A DNA stretch of 64,000 bases from Nitrospirota bacterium (GCA_035623825.1 DASPSR010000063.1:1-64000), one strand, 5' to 3'. Numbered from the stretch's first letter, positions 1 to 12,006 are shown. A program made the numbers and translations. Notes: a model not told the origin generated them from the letters alone.

Positions 1-1
1 C

Positions 2-169
2 AAAGCGAGGGTGGAAGTGGTCGCTAAAGACGAAGATGCTGAGCTTATCATCAAAGCCATTCGTGACGCCGCGCTTACCGGCGAGGTTGGGGACGGCAGG
101 ATCTTCGTTCACGAGATGGCCGACGCAATACGGATACGTACCAACGAAAGCGGCATGGCGGCGTTATAA
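2..169 (+). CDS. P-II family nitrogen regulator, C-terminal part (5' truncated by window edge)
   Basis: Frame 2 translates KARVEVVAKDEDAELIIKAIRDAALTGEVGDGRIFVHEMADAIRIRTNESGMAAL*, with the P-II TGxxGDGxIF and RIRT motifs; not in the supplied ORF track. Confidence 0.9.
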   Translation, partial: KARVEVVAKDEDAELIIKAIRDAALTGEVGDGRIFVHEMADAIRIRTNESGMAAL

Positions 170-180
170 CGTGATTAATC

Positions 181-573
181 ATGCGGGCAAGAAATATTTC
201 TGCTGGAAGAGCCTTTAGATATCTGAGCATAGGGTTTTTTATTTTGGCTTTAGTGGGAATACTTGCCCTGCTGATTTCCGACGTTTTGCACCAGCTGCGT
301 TTCTCGTTGGTTCATCAGCGAGTGGGCTCGTGGCCGCTTATTTGCATCGGCTTGTCATATATCAGTTTTCAGATAAGCGCCAAGCGGAAACAGGGTGAAT
401 TGATCAAGGGCATGTTGCTCGGCGTTGCGTTCGTTTTTTGGGGCGGCGAACAACTCTTGCCGCCCACTCCCATCACTACTGTGATGGACAGCATGGTGAT
501 AACCATTTTTGTCGTGGACTTGGGGTTGATCATCATAGAACACTTGAAAAGAAAAAACCATGAGATGCCTTAA
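181..573 (+). CDS. Hypothetical membrane protein (~4 TM)
   Basis: 130-aa ORF with four hydrophobic stretches, in operon-like position between P-II and the CooC-like gene. Confidence 0.65.
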   Translation: MRARNISAGRAFRYLSIGFFILALVGILALLISDVLHQLRFSLVHQRVGSWPLICIGLSYISFQISAKRKQGELIKGMLLGVAFVFWGGEQLLPPTPITTVMDSMVITIFVVDLGLIIIEHLKRKNHEMP

Positions 574-648
574 GATCTTTTCTGACAAAACTGCAAGCGG
601 ATCTTATTCGGTTTACGGATCCCTTTATCTAATGAGCATTAGGAGCTT

Positions 649-1428
649 ATGCATCCGATGGCTTATGCGATAGCATTTGCGGGCAAGGGAGGTACGGGCA
701 AGACCAGCCTCTGCGGCCTTGCCATACGATATTTACTCGAAAAAAAGAAGGGGCCGGTATTTGCCGTTGATGCGGACGCCAACGCGAACCTCAATGATGT
801 GCTTGGCGTGGAGGTCCACACGACCATAGGTGCACTCCGGGAGGCGTCACTCGAAACCATCAAAGTTACGGGGCGCAGGCCAGGCGGCATGAGCGTCGAG
901 GAGCTCTTCGATTACCACGTTCATCAGTCCCTTGTTGAGGCCGAGGGCTTCGATCTGCTCGTGATGGGGAGGCCGGAAGGGGCTGGCTGCTACTGTGCGG
1001 CGAACAATTATATCCGCAAATACATGGACAAACTCAACGATAGATATCCCTATACCGTGATGGACAACGAGGCCGGCCTCGAGCACTTGTCGCGCCGCAC
1101 CACGCAGGACATAGACCTGCTTATGATCATCAGCGACCCTTCCGTCCGTGGGGTGATGACCGCCGGACGCATTACGGCTCTAGTGAGGGAGCTGGGCCTG
1201 AACATCAAACGTGCGGTCCTTGTCGTGAACCGTGTTCAGGACGGGATGCGGGAAGATCCATCACTATTGCAGGCCATCAAGCATCAAGCAATGGATTTCG
1301 CGGGGTTCGTTCCCGCTGACCAAGTAATCATTGATTATGATATGAAAGGCAGGCCTTTGATCGAACTTCCCGCGGACGCCAGGGCGCTGAACGAGTTTTA
1401 CGGCATCATGACCAGACTGATCCCGTGA
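649..1428 (+). CDS. cooC: CooC/AcsF-type nickel-insertion ATPase (MinD/ParA superfamily)
   Basis: Deviant Walker A GKGGTGKT, DADAN, GRPEGAGCYC (CxC), DNEAGLEHLSRRT; AGGAG RBS at 641-645. Confidence 0.85.
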   Translation: MHPMAYAIAFAGKGGTGKTSLCGLAIRYLLEKKKGPVFAVDADANANLNDVLGVEVHTTIGALREASLETIKVTGRRPGGMSVEELFDYHVHQSLVEAEGFDLLVMGRPEGAGCYCAANNYIRKYMDKLNDRYPYTVMDNEAGLEHLSRRTTQDIDLLMIISDPSVRGVMTAGRITALVRELGLNIKRAVLVVNRVQDGMREDPSLLQAIKHQAMDFAGFVPADQVIIDYDMKGRPLIELPADARALNEFYGIMTRLIP

Positions 1429-1473
1429 CATAGGCGGAATACGAATGTTGGGAGAAAACTAAGGAAGATCGGT

Positions 1474-3077
<1,604 letters not shown>

Positions 3078-3121
3078 GCGTCCCCTCCCAATTCACCTCC
3101 CTGATTTCGAGGGGCAAGAGA

Positions 3122-3149
3122 GGGCCGGTATGAATCATCATACCGGCCC
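3122..3149 (+). terminator. Perfect 12-bp stem-loop after P-II gene (probable terminator)
   Basis: GGGCCGGTATGA-ATCA-TCATACCGGCCC; no clear U-tract. Confidence 0.55.
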
Positions 3150-3255
3150 AATATAACAATATTCCGTATCGAAACGACCAGCTTCATGATTATATTCTGT
3201 CCTCTTATTGATGCTTGTACACTATGCAGTAAGGCATCTCTTGCGATACCTCGTG

Positions 3256-3291
3256 TGCTTATTATTAGTGCACCTGCCTAAAATAGCGTCT
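3256..3291 (+). promoter_or_regulatory. Tandem NtrC-type enhancer boxes
   Basis: TGCTTATTATTAGTGCA (3256-3272) and TGCCTAAAATAGCGTCT (3275-3291), similar to TGCACC-N5-GGTGCA; starts 133 bp upstream of the sigma54 motif. Confidence 0.7.
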
Positions 3292-3349
3292 TAAATATCA
3301 GGGATGGCTGTAATTCAATCTTCAAACTCCCCAATTGATAACCCAATAA

Positions 3350-3790
<441 letters not shown>

Positions 3791-3835
3791 CACTTTTTTT
3801 AAAATAGTTTTTTTAATGACAGGGAGGAACACAAT

Positions 3836-5182
3836 ATGAAGAAGATGTTCACGGAAATCATGGTTATTCTGGTGCTGCTGATCGGGGTAGCAGCGTTCCT
3901 GGCGCCGGCTCTGGTAACGGCGGAAGAAGCCGCGGCCCCGGCTGCGGCTTCTCCAGCGCCGCCTCTTAAGATTGACACAGGGGACACTGCGTGGATGACG
4001 GTGGCAACCGCATTCGTCATGCTCATGTCTCTCCCCGGCCTGGCGCTGTTCTACGGAGGGCTGTCGAAGCGGAAGGATTCGCTCAACACTATGGCTATGA
4101 CCTTTGTGACCTTCTGCATCGTGAGTGTGCTCTGGGTTCTCTATGGATATACATTTGCTTTCAGTACGGACATCGGCGGGTGGATAGGAAAAGCCGACAA
4201 ATTGTTCTTAAAAGGCATCACCCCTAACAGCATCTCCGATCTTGCAAAGACAATCCCTGAATATATTTTCATCGTCTACCAGCTCACCTTTGCTGCGATC
4301 ACCGTTGCCCTCGCGAGCGGCGCGTATGTCGAGCGCATGAAGTTCTCGGCCTGGCTCCTGTTCTCTGTGCTCTGGTTGACGGTGGTCTATGTCCCGATTG
4401 CGCACTGGGTCTGGGGCAATGGGTTCCTGGCCAAACTCGGCGCATTGGACTTCGCTGGCGGGACCGTCGTGCATATCAATGCCGGTATCGCGGCGCTCGT
4501 TGGTGCACTAGTCCTCGGTAAGAGGCGCGAGAAGGCGATCATGCCGAGCAATCTCACCCTTGTGGTAACCGGCGCTGGCCTCCTCTGGTTCGGCTGGTTC
4601 GGGTTCAATGCGGGTTCCGCGCTTGCGGCAAACGGTCTTGCAGGTGCTGCATTCATAAACACGAACACGGCAACGGCTATGGCGGCCATTTCATGGATGG
4701 TCGTTGAATGGATGCATTCCGGCAAGCCTACGGTGCTCGGTCTTGCGTCAGGTGCGGTTGGCGGTCTCGTGGCCATTACCCCGGCTGCCGGGTTTGTGAA
4801 CATCTCCGGTGCCATCATCATAGGCATCGCGGCGGGTGTGATCCCCTTCTTCGCCGTGGCCAAGCTGAAACCCATGTTCGGATATGATGACACTCTTGAT
4901 GCTTTCGGCATTCACGGCATCGGCGGGACCATCGGCGCCCTACTGACCGGGATCTTCGCGGACCCCGTGATAAACGATGCGGGGAAGGGACTCCTCTACG
5001 GCAATGCCGGGCAGCTCTGGATACAGTTCATCGCTGTGGCCGTGACATTTGTATACAGCGGCGTCATGACATACGTGATTTTCAAGATCATCAAGGCGAT
5101 TGTCGGGGTCCGGGTCGAGACAGAAGATGAAGTCGTCGGCCTCGATGAGAGCCAGCACGGCGAAAAAGCGTACAATATGTAG
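3836..5182 (+). CDS. amtB: Ammonium transporter AmtB
   Basis: N-terminal signal-like segment, DTGDTAW, PGLALFYGG, YQLTFA, DFAGGTVVH, DDTLDAFGIHG. Confidence 0.95.
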   Translation: MKKMFTEIMVILVLLIGVAAFLAPALVTAEEAAAPAAASPAPPLKIDTGDTAWMTVATAFVMLMSLPGLALFYGGLSKRKDSLNTMAMTFVTFCIVSVLWVLYGYTFAFSTDIGGWIGKADKLFLKGITPNSISDLAKTIPEYIFIVYQLTFAAITVALASGAYVERMKFSAWLLFSVLWLTVVYVPIAHWVWGNGFLAKLGALDFAGGTVVHINAGIAALVGALVLGKRREKAIMPSNLTLVVTGAGLLWFGWFGFNAGSALAANGLAGAAFINTNTATAMAAISWMVVEWMHSGKPTVLGLASGAVGGLVAITPAAGFVNISGAIIIGIAAGVIPFFAVAKLKPMFGYDDTLDAFGIHGIGGTIGALLTGIFADPVINDAGKGLLYGNAGQLWIQFIAVAVTFVYSGVMTYVIFKIIKAIVGVRVETEDEVVGLDESQHGEKAYNM

Positions 5183-5257
5183 GAATCATGCTGAGATTAT
5201 CCTCAGTGGTTCTCTCTCAGGTACCATGTAGCGTTTCGACTATTATGCAATGAACTT

Positions 5258-5296
5258 ATGGACAGGCAGAGAAAGTCTCTGCCTGTCCATTTTTTT
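5258..5296 (+). terminator. Rho-independent terminator
   Basis: ATGGACAGGCAGAGA-AAG-TCTCTGCCTGTCCAT followed by a T run. Confidence 0.9.
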
Positions 5297-5330
5297 GTTT
5301 CCTGATAATTCCGCTTCTCCTTATAGGTTA

Positions 5331-5366
5331 TGCACATTTCCTATACACATGCCTAATTATTAATCA
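5331..5366 (+). promoter_or_regulatory. Tandem NtrC-type enhancer boxes
   Basis: TGCACATTTCCTATACA (5331-5347) and TGCCTAATTATTAATCA (5350-5366); same 19-bp offset and 133-bp distance to sigma54 motif as the first module. Confidence 0.7.
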
Positions 5367-5423
5367 TAATTGCAGTTTTTCATGTGCCATGTGCTCATTC
5401 ACAATCTATATATTATTTAATTA

Positions 5424-5436
5424 AATCAATTAGTTA
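5424..5436 (+). promoter_or_regulatory. IHF-like site
   Basis: AATCAATTAGTTA matches WATCAANNNNTTR, between enhancer and sigma54 promoter. Confidence 0.6.
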
Positions 5437-5449
5437 TTTTTAAAGGTAA

Positions 5450-5878
<429 letters not shown>

Positions 5879-6003
5879 AAGCGGGGGATAATAAAGCCAC
5901 AAATTGCGAATACGACAGATGTCGAGAATTCAATTTGCGTTCTTCGAACCACACAAAATTCGTTTCGGCATTTCGAGTAAATAAATCTAGGAGATAATTC
6001 GAT

Positions 6004-7332
6004 ATGACAAGCGGCTTGAAAAAATTTACGGTCTTCGTTCTGTTGCTGATTGTTGCGGCTCTTGCCATGCCACATATAATCATGGCTGCGGACGGCCCCG
6101 AAGCGCATAAGATAGATACCGGAGACACGGCATGGATATTGGTCTCGGCAGCCCTCGTGATGCTCATGACCCCGGGGCTCGCCATGTTCTATGGCGGCAT
6201 GGTGCGAAACAAGAACGTGCTCGGCACCATCATGCACAGTTTCATTGCGATTGCATTGGTGAGCATCCAGTGGATCCTGTTCGGCTACTCGCTCGCCTTC
6301 GGCCCGGACATTAGGGGGATTATCGGCAACCTCAATTGGGCCGGGCTCTCCGGCGTGGGGCTCGCCCCCAACGCGGATTATGCGGCGACGGTACCGCACC
6401 TTGCGTTCATGGCCTACCAGATGATGTTCGCCGTCATCACGCCGGCGCTCATCAGTGGCGCCTTTGCCGAGCGGATGAAATTCTCGTCCTATCTTCTGTT
6501 CATACTTGTCTGGACGACGGTGGTATATGATCCTGTCGCGCACTGGGTATGGGGGAATCATGGGTGGCTCAAGCAGCTGGGCGTTCTCGATTTCGCCGGC
6601 GGCACCGTTGTCCACGCCACATCCGGGTTCTCTGCCCTGGCGGCAGCGCTCTTCATCGGGAAACGGAAAGGTTTTCTCCAGGAACCCATGCCGCCACACA
6701 ACCTCCCGCTTACGGTGCTCGGCGCAGGACTTCTCTGGTTCGGGTGGTTCGGGTTCAACGCGGGCAGCGCCCTGTCGTCAGGCGAGCTCGCCACTATGGC
6801 ATTCGTCACGACGAATACAGCGGCAAGCTCGGCAACGCTCACCTGGATCATTGTCGAGTGGTTTCATCGGGGAAAGCCAACTATGTTTGGGGCAGCAACG
6901 GGGGCCATTGCCGGCCTGGCCACCATTACGCCGGCAGCGGGCTACGTCGGACCGATGGCGGCTCTCGCGATCGGTATTGCAGCCGGACTGTTGTGCTATA
7001 CGGCGCTTAACGCCAAGACCAAGTTCGGCTACGATGATTCTCTTGACGCCTTTGGCGTGCATGGGGTGGGAGGGAGCCTCGGGACGATCATGACCGGGGT
7101 CTTCGCTTCGATCGCGATCAATGCTGGTGGGGCAAACGGTCTCCTTTTTGGGAACCCCCATCAGCTCGCCGTACAGGCGGGATCGGTCCTCCTGATCGCT
7201 GCCTATTCCTTCATCGTCAGCATCGTACTATTCAAGATCATCGACGCAACGATCGGGCTTCGGGTCGGCAAAGATGAAGAGACCGAAGGCCTCGACATCA
7301 GTCAGCATGGAGAGGCGGGATATACGCATTAA
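6004..7332 (+). CDS. amtB: Ammonium transporter AmtB
   Basis: DTGDTAW, MTPGLAMFYGG, YQMMFA, DFAGGTVVH, DDSLDAFGVHG. Confidence 0.95.
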   Translation: MTSGLKKFTVFVLLLIVAALAMPHIIMAADGPEAHKIDTGDTAWILVSAALVMLMTPGLAMFYGGMVRNKNVLGTIMHSFIAIALVSIQWILFGYSLAFGPDIRGIIGNLNWAGLSGVGLAPNADYAATVPHLAFMAYQMMFAVITPALISGAFAERMKFSSYLLFILVWTTVVYDPVAHWVWGNHGWLKQLGVLDFAGGTVVHATSGFSALAAALFIGKRKGFLQEPMPPHNLPLTVLGAGLLWFGWFGFNAGSALSSGELATMAFVTTNTAASSATLTWIIVEWFHRGKPTMFGAATGAIAGLATITPAAGYVGPMAALAIGIAAGLLCYTALNAKTKFGYDDSLDAFGVHGVGGSLGTIMTGVFASIAINAGGANGLLFGNPHQLAVQAGSVLLIAAYSFIVSIVLFKIIDATIGLRVGKDEETEGLDISQHGEAGYTH

Positions 7333-7364
7333 GGTTCACGGTGAGGCGATGAACCGGATAAGGG

Positions 7365-7403
7365 AACGGATAGGCAGTGAAAGGTCTGCCTATCCGTTTT
7401 TTT
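7365..7403 (+). terminator. Rho-independent terminator
   Basis: AACGGATAGGCAG-TGAAAGGT-CTGCCTATCCGTT followed by a T run. Confidence 0.88.
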
Positions 7404-7414
7404 CTACCTCGGCC

Positions 7415-7450
7415 TGTTTAATTTATGGTCACATGCCTAAAAGTGCGTCA
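7415..7450 (+). promoter_or_regulatory. Tandem NtrC-type enhancer boxes (third module)
   Basis: TGTTTAATTTATGGTCA (7415-7431) and TGCCTAAAAGTGCGTCA (7434-7450); 19-bp offset again. Confidence 0.62.
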
Positions 7451-7507
7451 GCGGCATTAATCTCGATTAAAAAACGTATCCCCCTTGGTGTGTAATATAG
7501 TTAATGA

Positions 7508-7520
7508 AATCAATATGTTA
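7508..7520 (+). promoter_or_regulatory. IHF-like site
   Basis: AATCAATATGTTA matches WATCAANNNNTTR. Confidence 0.6.
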
Positions 7521-7544
7521 TCAGCTTTCGTACCACAACAAATA

Positions 7545-7560
7545 TGGCATATCCCTTGCT
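7545..7560 (+). promoter_or_regulatory. sigma54 -24/-12 promoter with no adjacent sense ORF
   Basis: TGGCATATCCCTTGCT; points into the 3' end of the minus-strand DMT gene. Confidence 0.78.
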
Positions 7561-7601
7561 TAATAATTTGTGTGTCCTCTCGGATCTGTGAATAAACAGC
7601 C

Positions 7602-8474
7602 TTATGTGCTTTGAATATTTTGAACCAATGCGACGCCGGCCAGTATGCCGATGCCTCCGGTGATCTGTGCAACGGATAGTCGTTCTCCGAGAAACAGGGC
7701 GGCGAAGAGTACGGCCACGAGGGGAACGAAATAATGGTAGACGATCGTGCGAGTGACCCCGTGCCGCTGCACACCCTTGTACCAGAGGCTGAAGGCAATG
7801 CCGCCGGACACCAAAGATGAGAACCCGAATGCCGCCCATGATGGGGCTGTGACCTCGGACCATGATTGCCGTGCCAATTCATGAAGGCTCATGGGCAAGA
7901 GCAGCACGGTCCCTGTAGCCATGCTATAGGCAGTGACTTTCACGGCAGAATATTTTTGGAGGAGCGGCTGTGCATGTATGGTGTAGAGCGCCCAGAAAAT
8001 CGATGCGCAGAGGGTAAGCAGGTTGCCCGCGAGATCGTGGCGGGTGAAACTGATGCCCCCGGGTCTGCTCTGAATGATGAGAAAGACCCCGACGGCCGAC
8101 AGGACGATACCCAGCCCGCTTTGGAACAGGATTCGCTCTTTTTTCGCTATCCCCTGTATCAGGGCAGCGAACAGGGGGGACAGCGAGATAAGAAGGGCGG
8201 AGTTCGAAGCGCTTGTAAGATTGAGCCCGTACATGAACAGGATGTTGTAGAGAGCGATGCCGATGAGGCCGAGCCGGATAAAGGGGCTTATGTCCTTGCG
8301 TTCTATCCTGAGGGACTCTCGCCTCACGATCAGGATGAAGGCGAGGAACAGCGACGAGAGAGCAAAGCGGACAACGGTGAAGCTCAAAGGATAAAAGTAA
8401 CGAAGCGCGTACTTCACCGCTGAGAAGTTCACTCCCCAGATAAGGGAGACGAGTATGAGCCGGAGGTCGAGCAT
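7602..8474 (-). CDS. DMT/EamA family transporter (10 TM)
   Basis: LIWGVNFSAVK, RFALS, SASNSALLISLSP, LFLGERLS; start re-called at ATG 8474. Confidence 0.88.
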   Translation of the reverse strand: MLDLRLILVSLIWGVNFSAVKYALRYFYPLSFTVVRFALSSLFLAFILIVRRESLRIERKDISPFIRLGLIGIALYNILFMYGLNLTSASNSALLISLSPLFAALIQGIAKKERILFQSGLGIVLSAVGVFLIIQSRPGGISFTRHDLAGNLLTLCASIFWALYTIHAQPLLQKYSAVKVTAYSMATGTVLLLPMSLHELARQSWSEVTAPSWAAFGFSSLVSGGIAFSLWYKGVQRHGVTRTIVYHYFVPLVAVLFAALFLGERLSVAQITGGIGILAGVALVQNIQST

Positions 8475-8626
8475 GGCGGTCTGAGCAGCATAGGGCAAAG
8501 CGCATGGAGCATGGGAGCACATGGGATCCAGACCAGAGTTCGATGCACGCTGCCTTTTCGCGGCGCAGCCGCCACTATACCATAAATTGTCTTGAATCAT
8601 CAAATATATTGTGCTATCAATAAAGA

Positions 8627-9745
8627 ATGGATTCACTTGCGACGAGGATACAGGACCTGACCGCGGATATTCTGGCCGGCATTGTTGACGGAGTGGTCGT
8701 GACGGATGCGGAGGGACAGGTCCTCATATGGAACAGGGCCGCTGAGGAAATGGCCGGCATCGCCGCCTCCGAAGCGCTCGGCAAGCATTTCGCTGCCGTG
8801 TTTTCCGATAATGCAGCGATAGCGCGGCAGATCGAAAAGACCTTGTCCTCGGGGAGGTCTTATTCCGATTACGAGGCGGAAATCGCCGCAAAGCACCGGC
8901 AGCCTCATCCGGTAGGGCTGGTCACGACGGTGCTCCTTGACAACCGCGGACACCTGACAGGCGCGATCCTGACGATCCGCGACCAAGCAGGAGTGCGAGA
9001 CCTCAAGGAACGCATGAGAAGGTCCGACCGCCTTGCGACACTCGGCATGATCGCAGCGGGTATCGCTCACGAGGTCAAGAATCCGCTCGTCGGCATACGC
9101 GGCGCGGCGCAGCTCATGAAATCCGAGCTGAGATCGGAGGGCAAGGAAGGGTCGGCCAAAGGCGGGAGCCTGATAGAATATCTCGATGTGATTTTGAAGG
9201 AAGCAGATCGCCTCAACAATGTCCTCGAGGAGATCCTGGACTTCACGCGGTTAAAGCCTCGGGAGATGAAGACGTTCAATATCCACAGCATTCTGGACCG
9301 CGCCCTGCTCTTGAACGAGGAGAGCGCGAGGCAGAGCGGTGTTGTCCTCGCGCGGCTGTATGACCCAAGCCTTCCGGACGTGATAGGGAGCCAGGACCAG
9401 TTGATCCAGGTGTTCCTGAACATCATCAAGAACGCGGTCGAGGTCATGCCAGGCGGCGGAAAGCTTACGGTGACGACGAGGATGTCCGACATGTTCACGA
9501 GCGTGCAGGCCGACGGCAAGAAGCACCGGCTGATCGTCGTAAAGGTGGCCGATACCGGCCCCGGCATCAAGCAGGAGCATCTGCAGGACATTTTTACCCC
9601 CTTCTTCACTACAAAGGACCGGGGTGTGGGTCTAGGCCTTGCGCTTTCATATCAGATTGTGCAGGAACACCTGGGGACGATACGGGTCGAGAGCCAGGAA
9701 AACGAAGGTACGACATTCAGCGTGTATCTGCCGCTGGCGGGATGA
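8627..9745 (+). CDS. ntrB: PAS-domain sensor histidine kinase NtrB
   Basis: N-terminal PAS, AHEVKNPLVGIRGAAQL H-box, QVFLNIIKNA, DTGPG, PFFTTK, GVGLGL. Confidence 0.88.
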   Translation: MDSLATRIQDLTADILAGIVDGVVVTDAEGQVLIWNRAAEEMAGIAASEALGKHFAAVFSDNAAIARQIEKTLSSGRSYSDYEAEIAAKHRQPHPVGLVTTVLLDNRGHLTGAILTIRDQAGVRDLKERMRRSDRLATLGMIAAGIAHEVKNPLVGIRGAAQLMKSELRSEGKEGSAKGGSLIEYLDVILKEADRLNNVLEEILDFTRLKPREMKTFNIHSILDRALLLNEESARQSGVVLARLYDPSLPDVIGSQDQLIQVFLNIIKNAVEVMPGGGKLTVTTRMSDMFTSVQADGKKHRLIVVKVADTGPGIKQEHLQDIFTPFFTTKDRGVGLGLALSYQIVQEHLGTIRVESQENEGTTFSVYLPLAG

Positions 9746-9862
9746 AGAGGTATGGCGCATGGTGACAAAGGAGTGAAGTTTGGGCTTGGATCTGACATGA
9801 TAGCAAGCAGTGACCCCACTCCCTGATCTCTGTTCCGAGCCATGGCCATAGGTGCATCAACC

Positions 9863-11317
9863 ATGACAAATGAAAAGGTCTTGATAGTCGACGACGACGA
9901 GAGCGTTCGCTGGGTGCTCAAGAAGTCGCTTGAAAAAGAGGGCATCGAAACCGTGCTAGCGAAAGACGCTGCAGAGGCGCTCGAACGGATCAAGGAAGGC
10001 GATGTAGCGATCATGCTCATGGACATCCGCATGCCGGGCATGAGCGGGTTCGAGGCGCTCGAAAAGATCAAGGAAGAGGGCAGGGGTATATCGGTAATCA
10101 TCATGACAGCCCAGGCCACGATGCAGAACGCCATTGAGGCCATGCGCCGCGGCGCTTTTGACTATATCACCAAGCCCTTCGACCTCGACGAGGTGAACAT
10201 CCTCGTTCGCAAAGCCGTCGAGGTGCGTCAACTTTCACTCGAGGTGAACGCGCTTCGCGCCGAAGTGCGCGAAAAGTACGAGGGCGGGCTCGTGGGCAAC
10301 ACTCCCGCCATGCAGGAGATCTACAAGACCATCGGCCGGGTAGCGGAGAGCGATGCCACGGTCCTGGTCCACGGCGAGAGCGGCACAGGTAAGGAACTTG
10401 TTGCACGCGCGATCCACTACCATAGCAAGCGCGCGGGGCGGCCTTTTGTGGCGGTGAATTCTGCAGCGATCCCCTCGGAGCTTCTCGAAAGCGAGCTCTT
10501 TGGCCATGAGAAAGGGGCCTTCACGGGAGCAGTGAGCCGCAAGGTAGGGAAATTCGAGGCCGCGGCAGGCGGTACTCTTTTTTTGGACGAGATCGGTGAT
10601 ATGAACCTGCCGCTCCAGGGAAAGCTCCTCCGCGTGCTCCAGGAGCGCGAGTTCGAGCGTGTCGGAGGCACAGAACCGATCAAGACCGATGTACGCGTGA
10701 TCGCGGCGACGCACCAGAACCTCGAAAAAGCCGTGCGCGAGAAGAAGTTCCGTGAAGACTTGTTCTACCGGCTGAATGTGATCCAGATCAACATCCCGCC
10801 GCTCAGAAAACGCAAGGACGATATCTCGACCCTCGCGGAGTATTTCATGCAGAAGCATCAGCCTGGATCCGGCAAGACCAAGATCCTCACCCCGGAGACG
10901 CTCAAGATCCTCCGGGCCTACGACTGGCCCGGAAACGTACGAGAACTCGAGAATGCCGTCCAGCGCGCTATCACGCTCGCGCAGGGAGACAAGATATTCC
11001 CCGATGCCCTGCCGCCTCAGATCTTCAAGCCGGGCCACGGGGTGGGCCTTTCCTTCGAGAATTTTCTGGAAGAGAAGCTTGCCGACCTCGTGGAACGGAT
11101 GGGAGGGCTGGAGAGGGGCGACATCTACTCCATGGTTATCCAGCGCGTGGAGAAGCCGCTCATCTCGCTGGTCCTCAAGAAGACGGAGGGCAATCAAGTG
11201 CGCGCCTCGCATCTGCTCGGCATTAACCGGAATACGCTCAGAAAAAAGATAAAGGAATTGGGCATCAGGGGGCCGTTCAACGGGGCTGGTGAAGAAGAGG
11301 GGGAAGATGAGGAGTGA
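9863..11317 (+). CDS. ntrC: sigma54-dependent response regulator NtrC
   Basis: Receiver (VDDDESVRWVL), AAA+ with GESGTGKE and GAFTGA, C-terminal HTH LGINRNTLRKK. Confidence 0.92.
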   Translation: MTNEKVLIVDDDESVRWVLKKSLEKEGIETVLAKDAAEALERIKEGDVAIMLMDIRMPGMSGFEALEKIKEEGRGISVIIMTAQATMQNAIEAMRRGAFDYITKPFDLDEVNILVRKAVEVRQLSLEVNALRAEVREKYEGGLVGNTPAMQEIYKTIGRVAESDATVLVHGESGTGKELVARAIHYHSKRAGRPFVAVNSAAIPSELLESELFGHEKGAFTGAVSRKVGKFEAAAGGTLFLDEIGDMNLPLQGKLLRVLQEREFERVGGTEPIKTDVRVIAATHQNLEKAVREKKFREDLFYRLNVIQINIPPLRKRKDDISTLAEYFMQKHQPGSGKTKILTPETLKILRAYDWPGNVRELENAVQRAITLAQGDKIFPDALPPQIFKPGHGVGLSFENFLEEKLADLVERMGGLERGDIYSMVIQRVEKPLISLVLKKTEGNQVRASHLLGINRNTLRKKIKELGIRGPFNGAGEEEGEDEE

Positions 11318-11592
11318 TATCCTCCGGCGTTTTTTCTGAGGACAACGGATCGGCCTTTGCGCGCCTGAGCCCCCACGTCTGACAGCCCATTCAATACATT
11401 TCTGCCGACTCGAAGCCACCATTGATCTCTGGCGAAGGCCGGATACGCCACTGAAGTCCTTGCGATTAACCCAAATTTAGAGTAATGTTGTTAAAGGGGG
11501 TATCGCCATCAGAGAGCCGTTTGGGGGAGAAACTGCCGCAGGCCATCATAGCCTGTTTAACCGATGATCTCATCGGGAAAGGAGACGGGTCC

Positions 11593-12006
11593 ATGAAACA
11601 GCGAAATGTTTTTCATGCGGTCATGCTCATCATGATCATGATCGGCATGCCTTTATCAACATATGTCCGAGCTGCGGTGGACGCGCCGCGGATCAGCAAG
11701 GAAGACGTGAAGGCGCTCTTAGGTGATCCGGGCGTCATCATCCTCGATGCCAGGACCGGGTCGAGTTGGTACAACAGCGATAAAAAGATCAAGGGCGCGG
11801 TTCGGGTCGATCCCGATGAAGTCTCTTCATGGGCCGGCAGCATCCCCAAGGACAAGAAGATTATAGTCTACTGCTCTTGAACGAACGAAGCCACGAGCGC
11901 CCGTGTGGTGCTCAAGCTCAAGGAGATGGGATTCGTGAACGTATTCGCGCTCAAGGGCGGATGGACTGAATGGGTCAACGCCGGGTATCCGGTCCAAAGC
12001 AAGTGA
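11593..12006 (+). CDS. Rhodanese-domain protein with in-frame UGA, probable selenoprotein (C-S-U motif), with signal peptide
   Basis: IVYCS-TGA(11878-11880)-TNEATSARVVLKLKEMGFVNVFALKGGWTEWVNAGYPVQSK*; readthrough completes the rhodanese fold; small hairpin follows the UGA. Confidence 0.85.
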
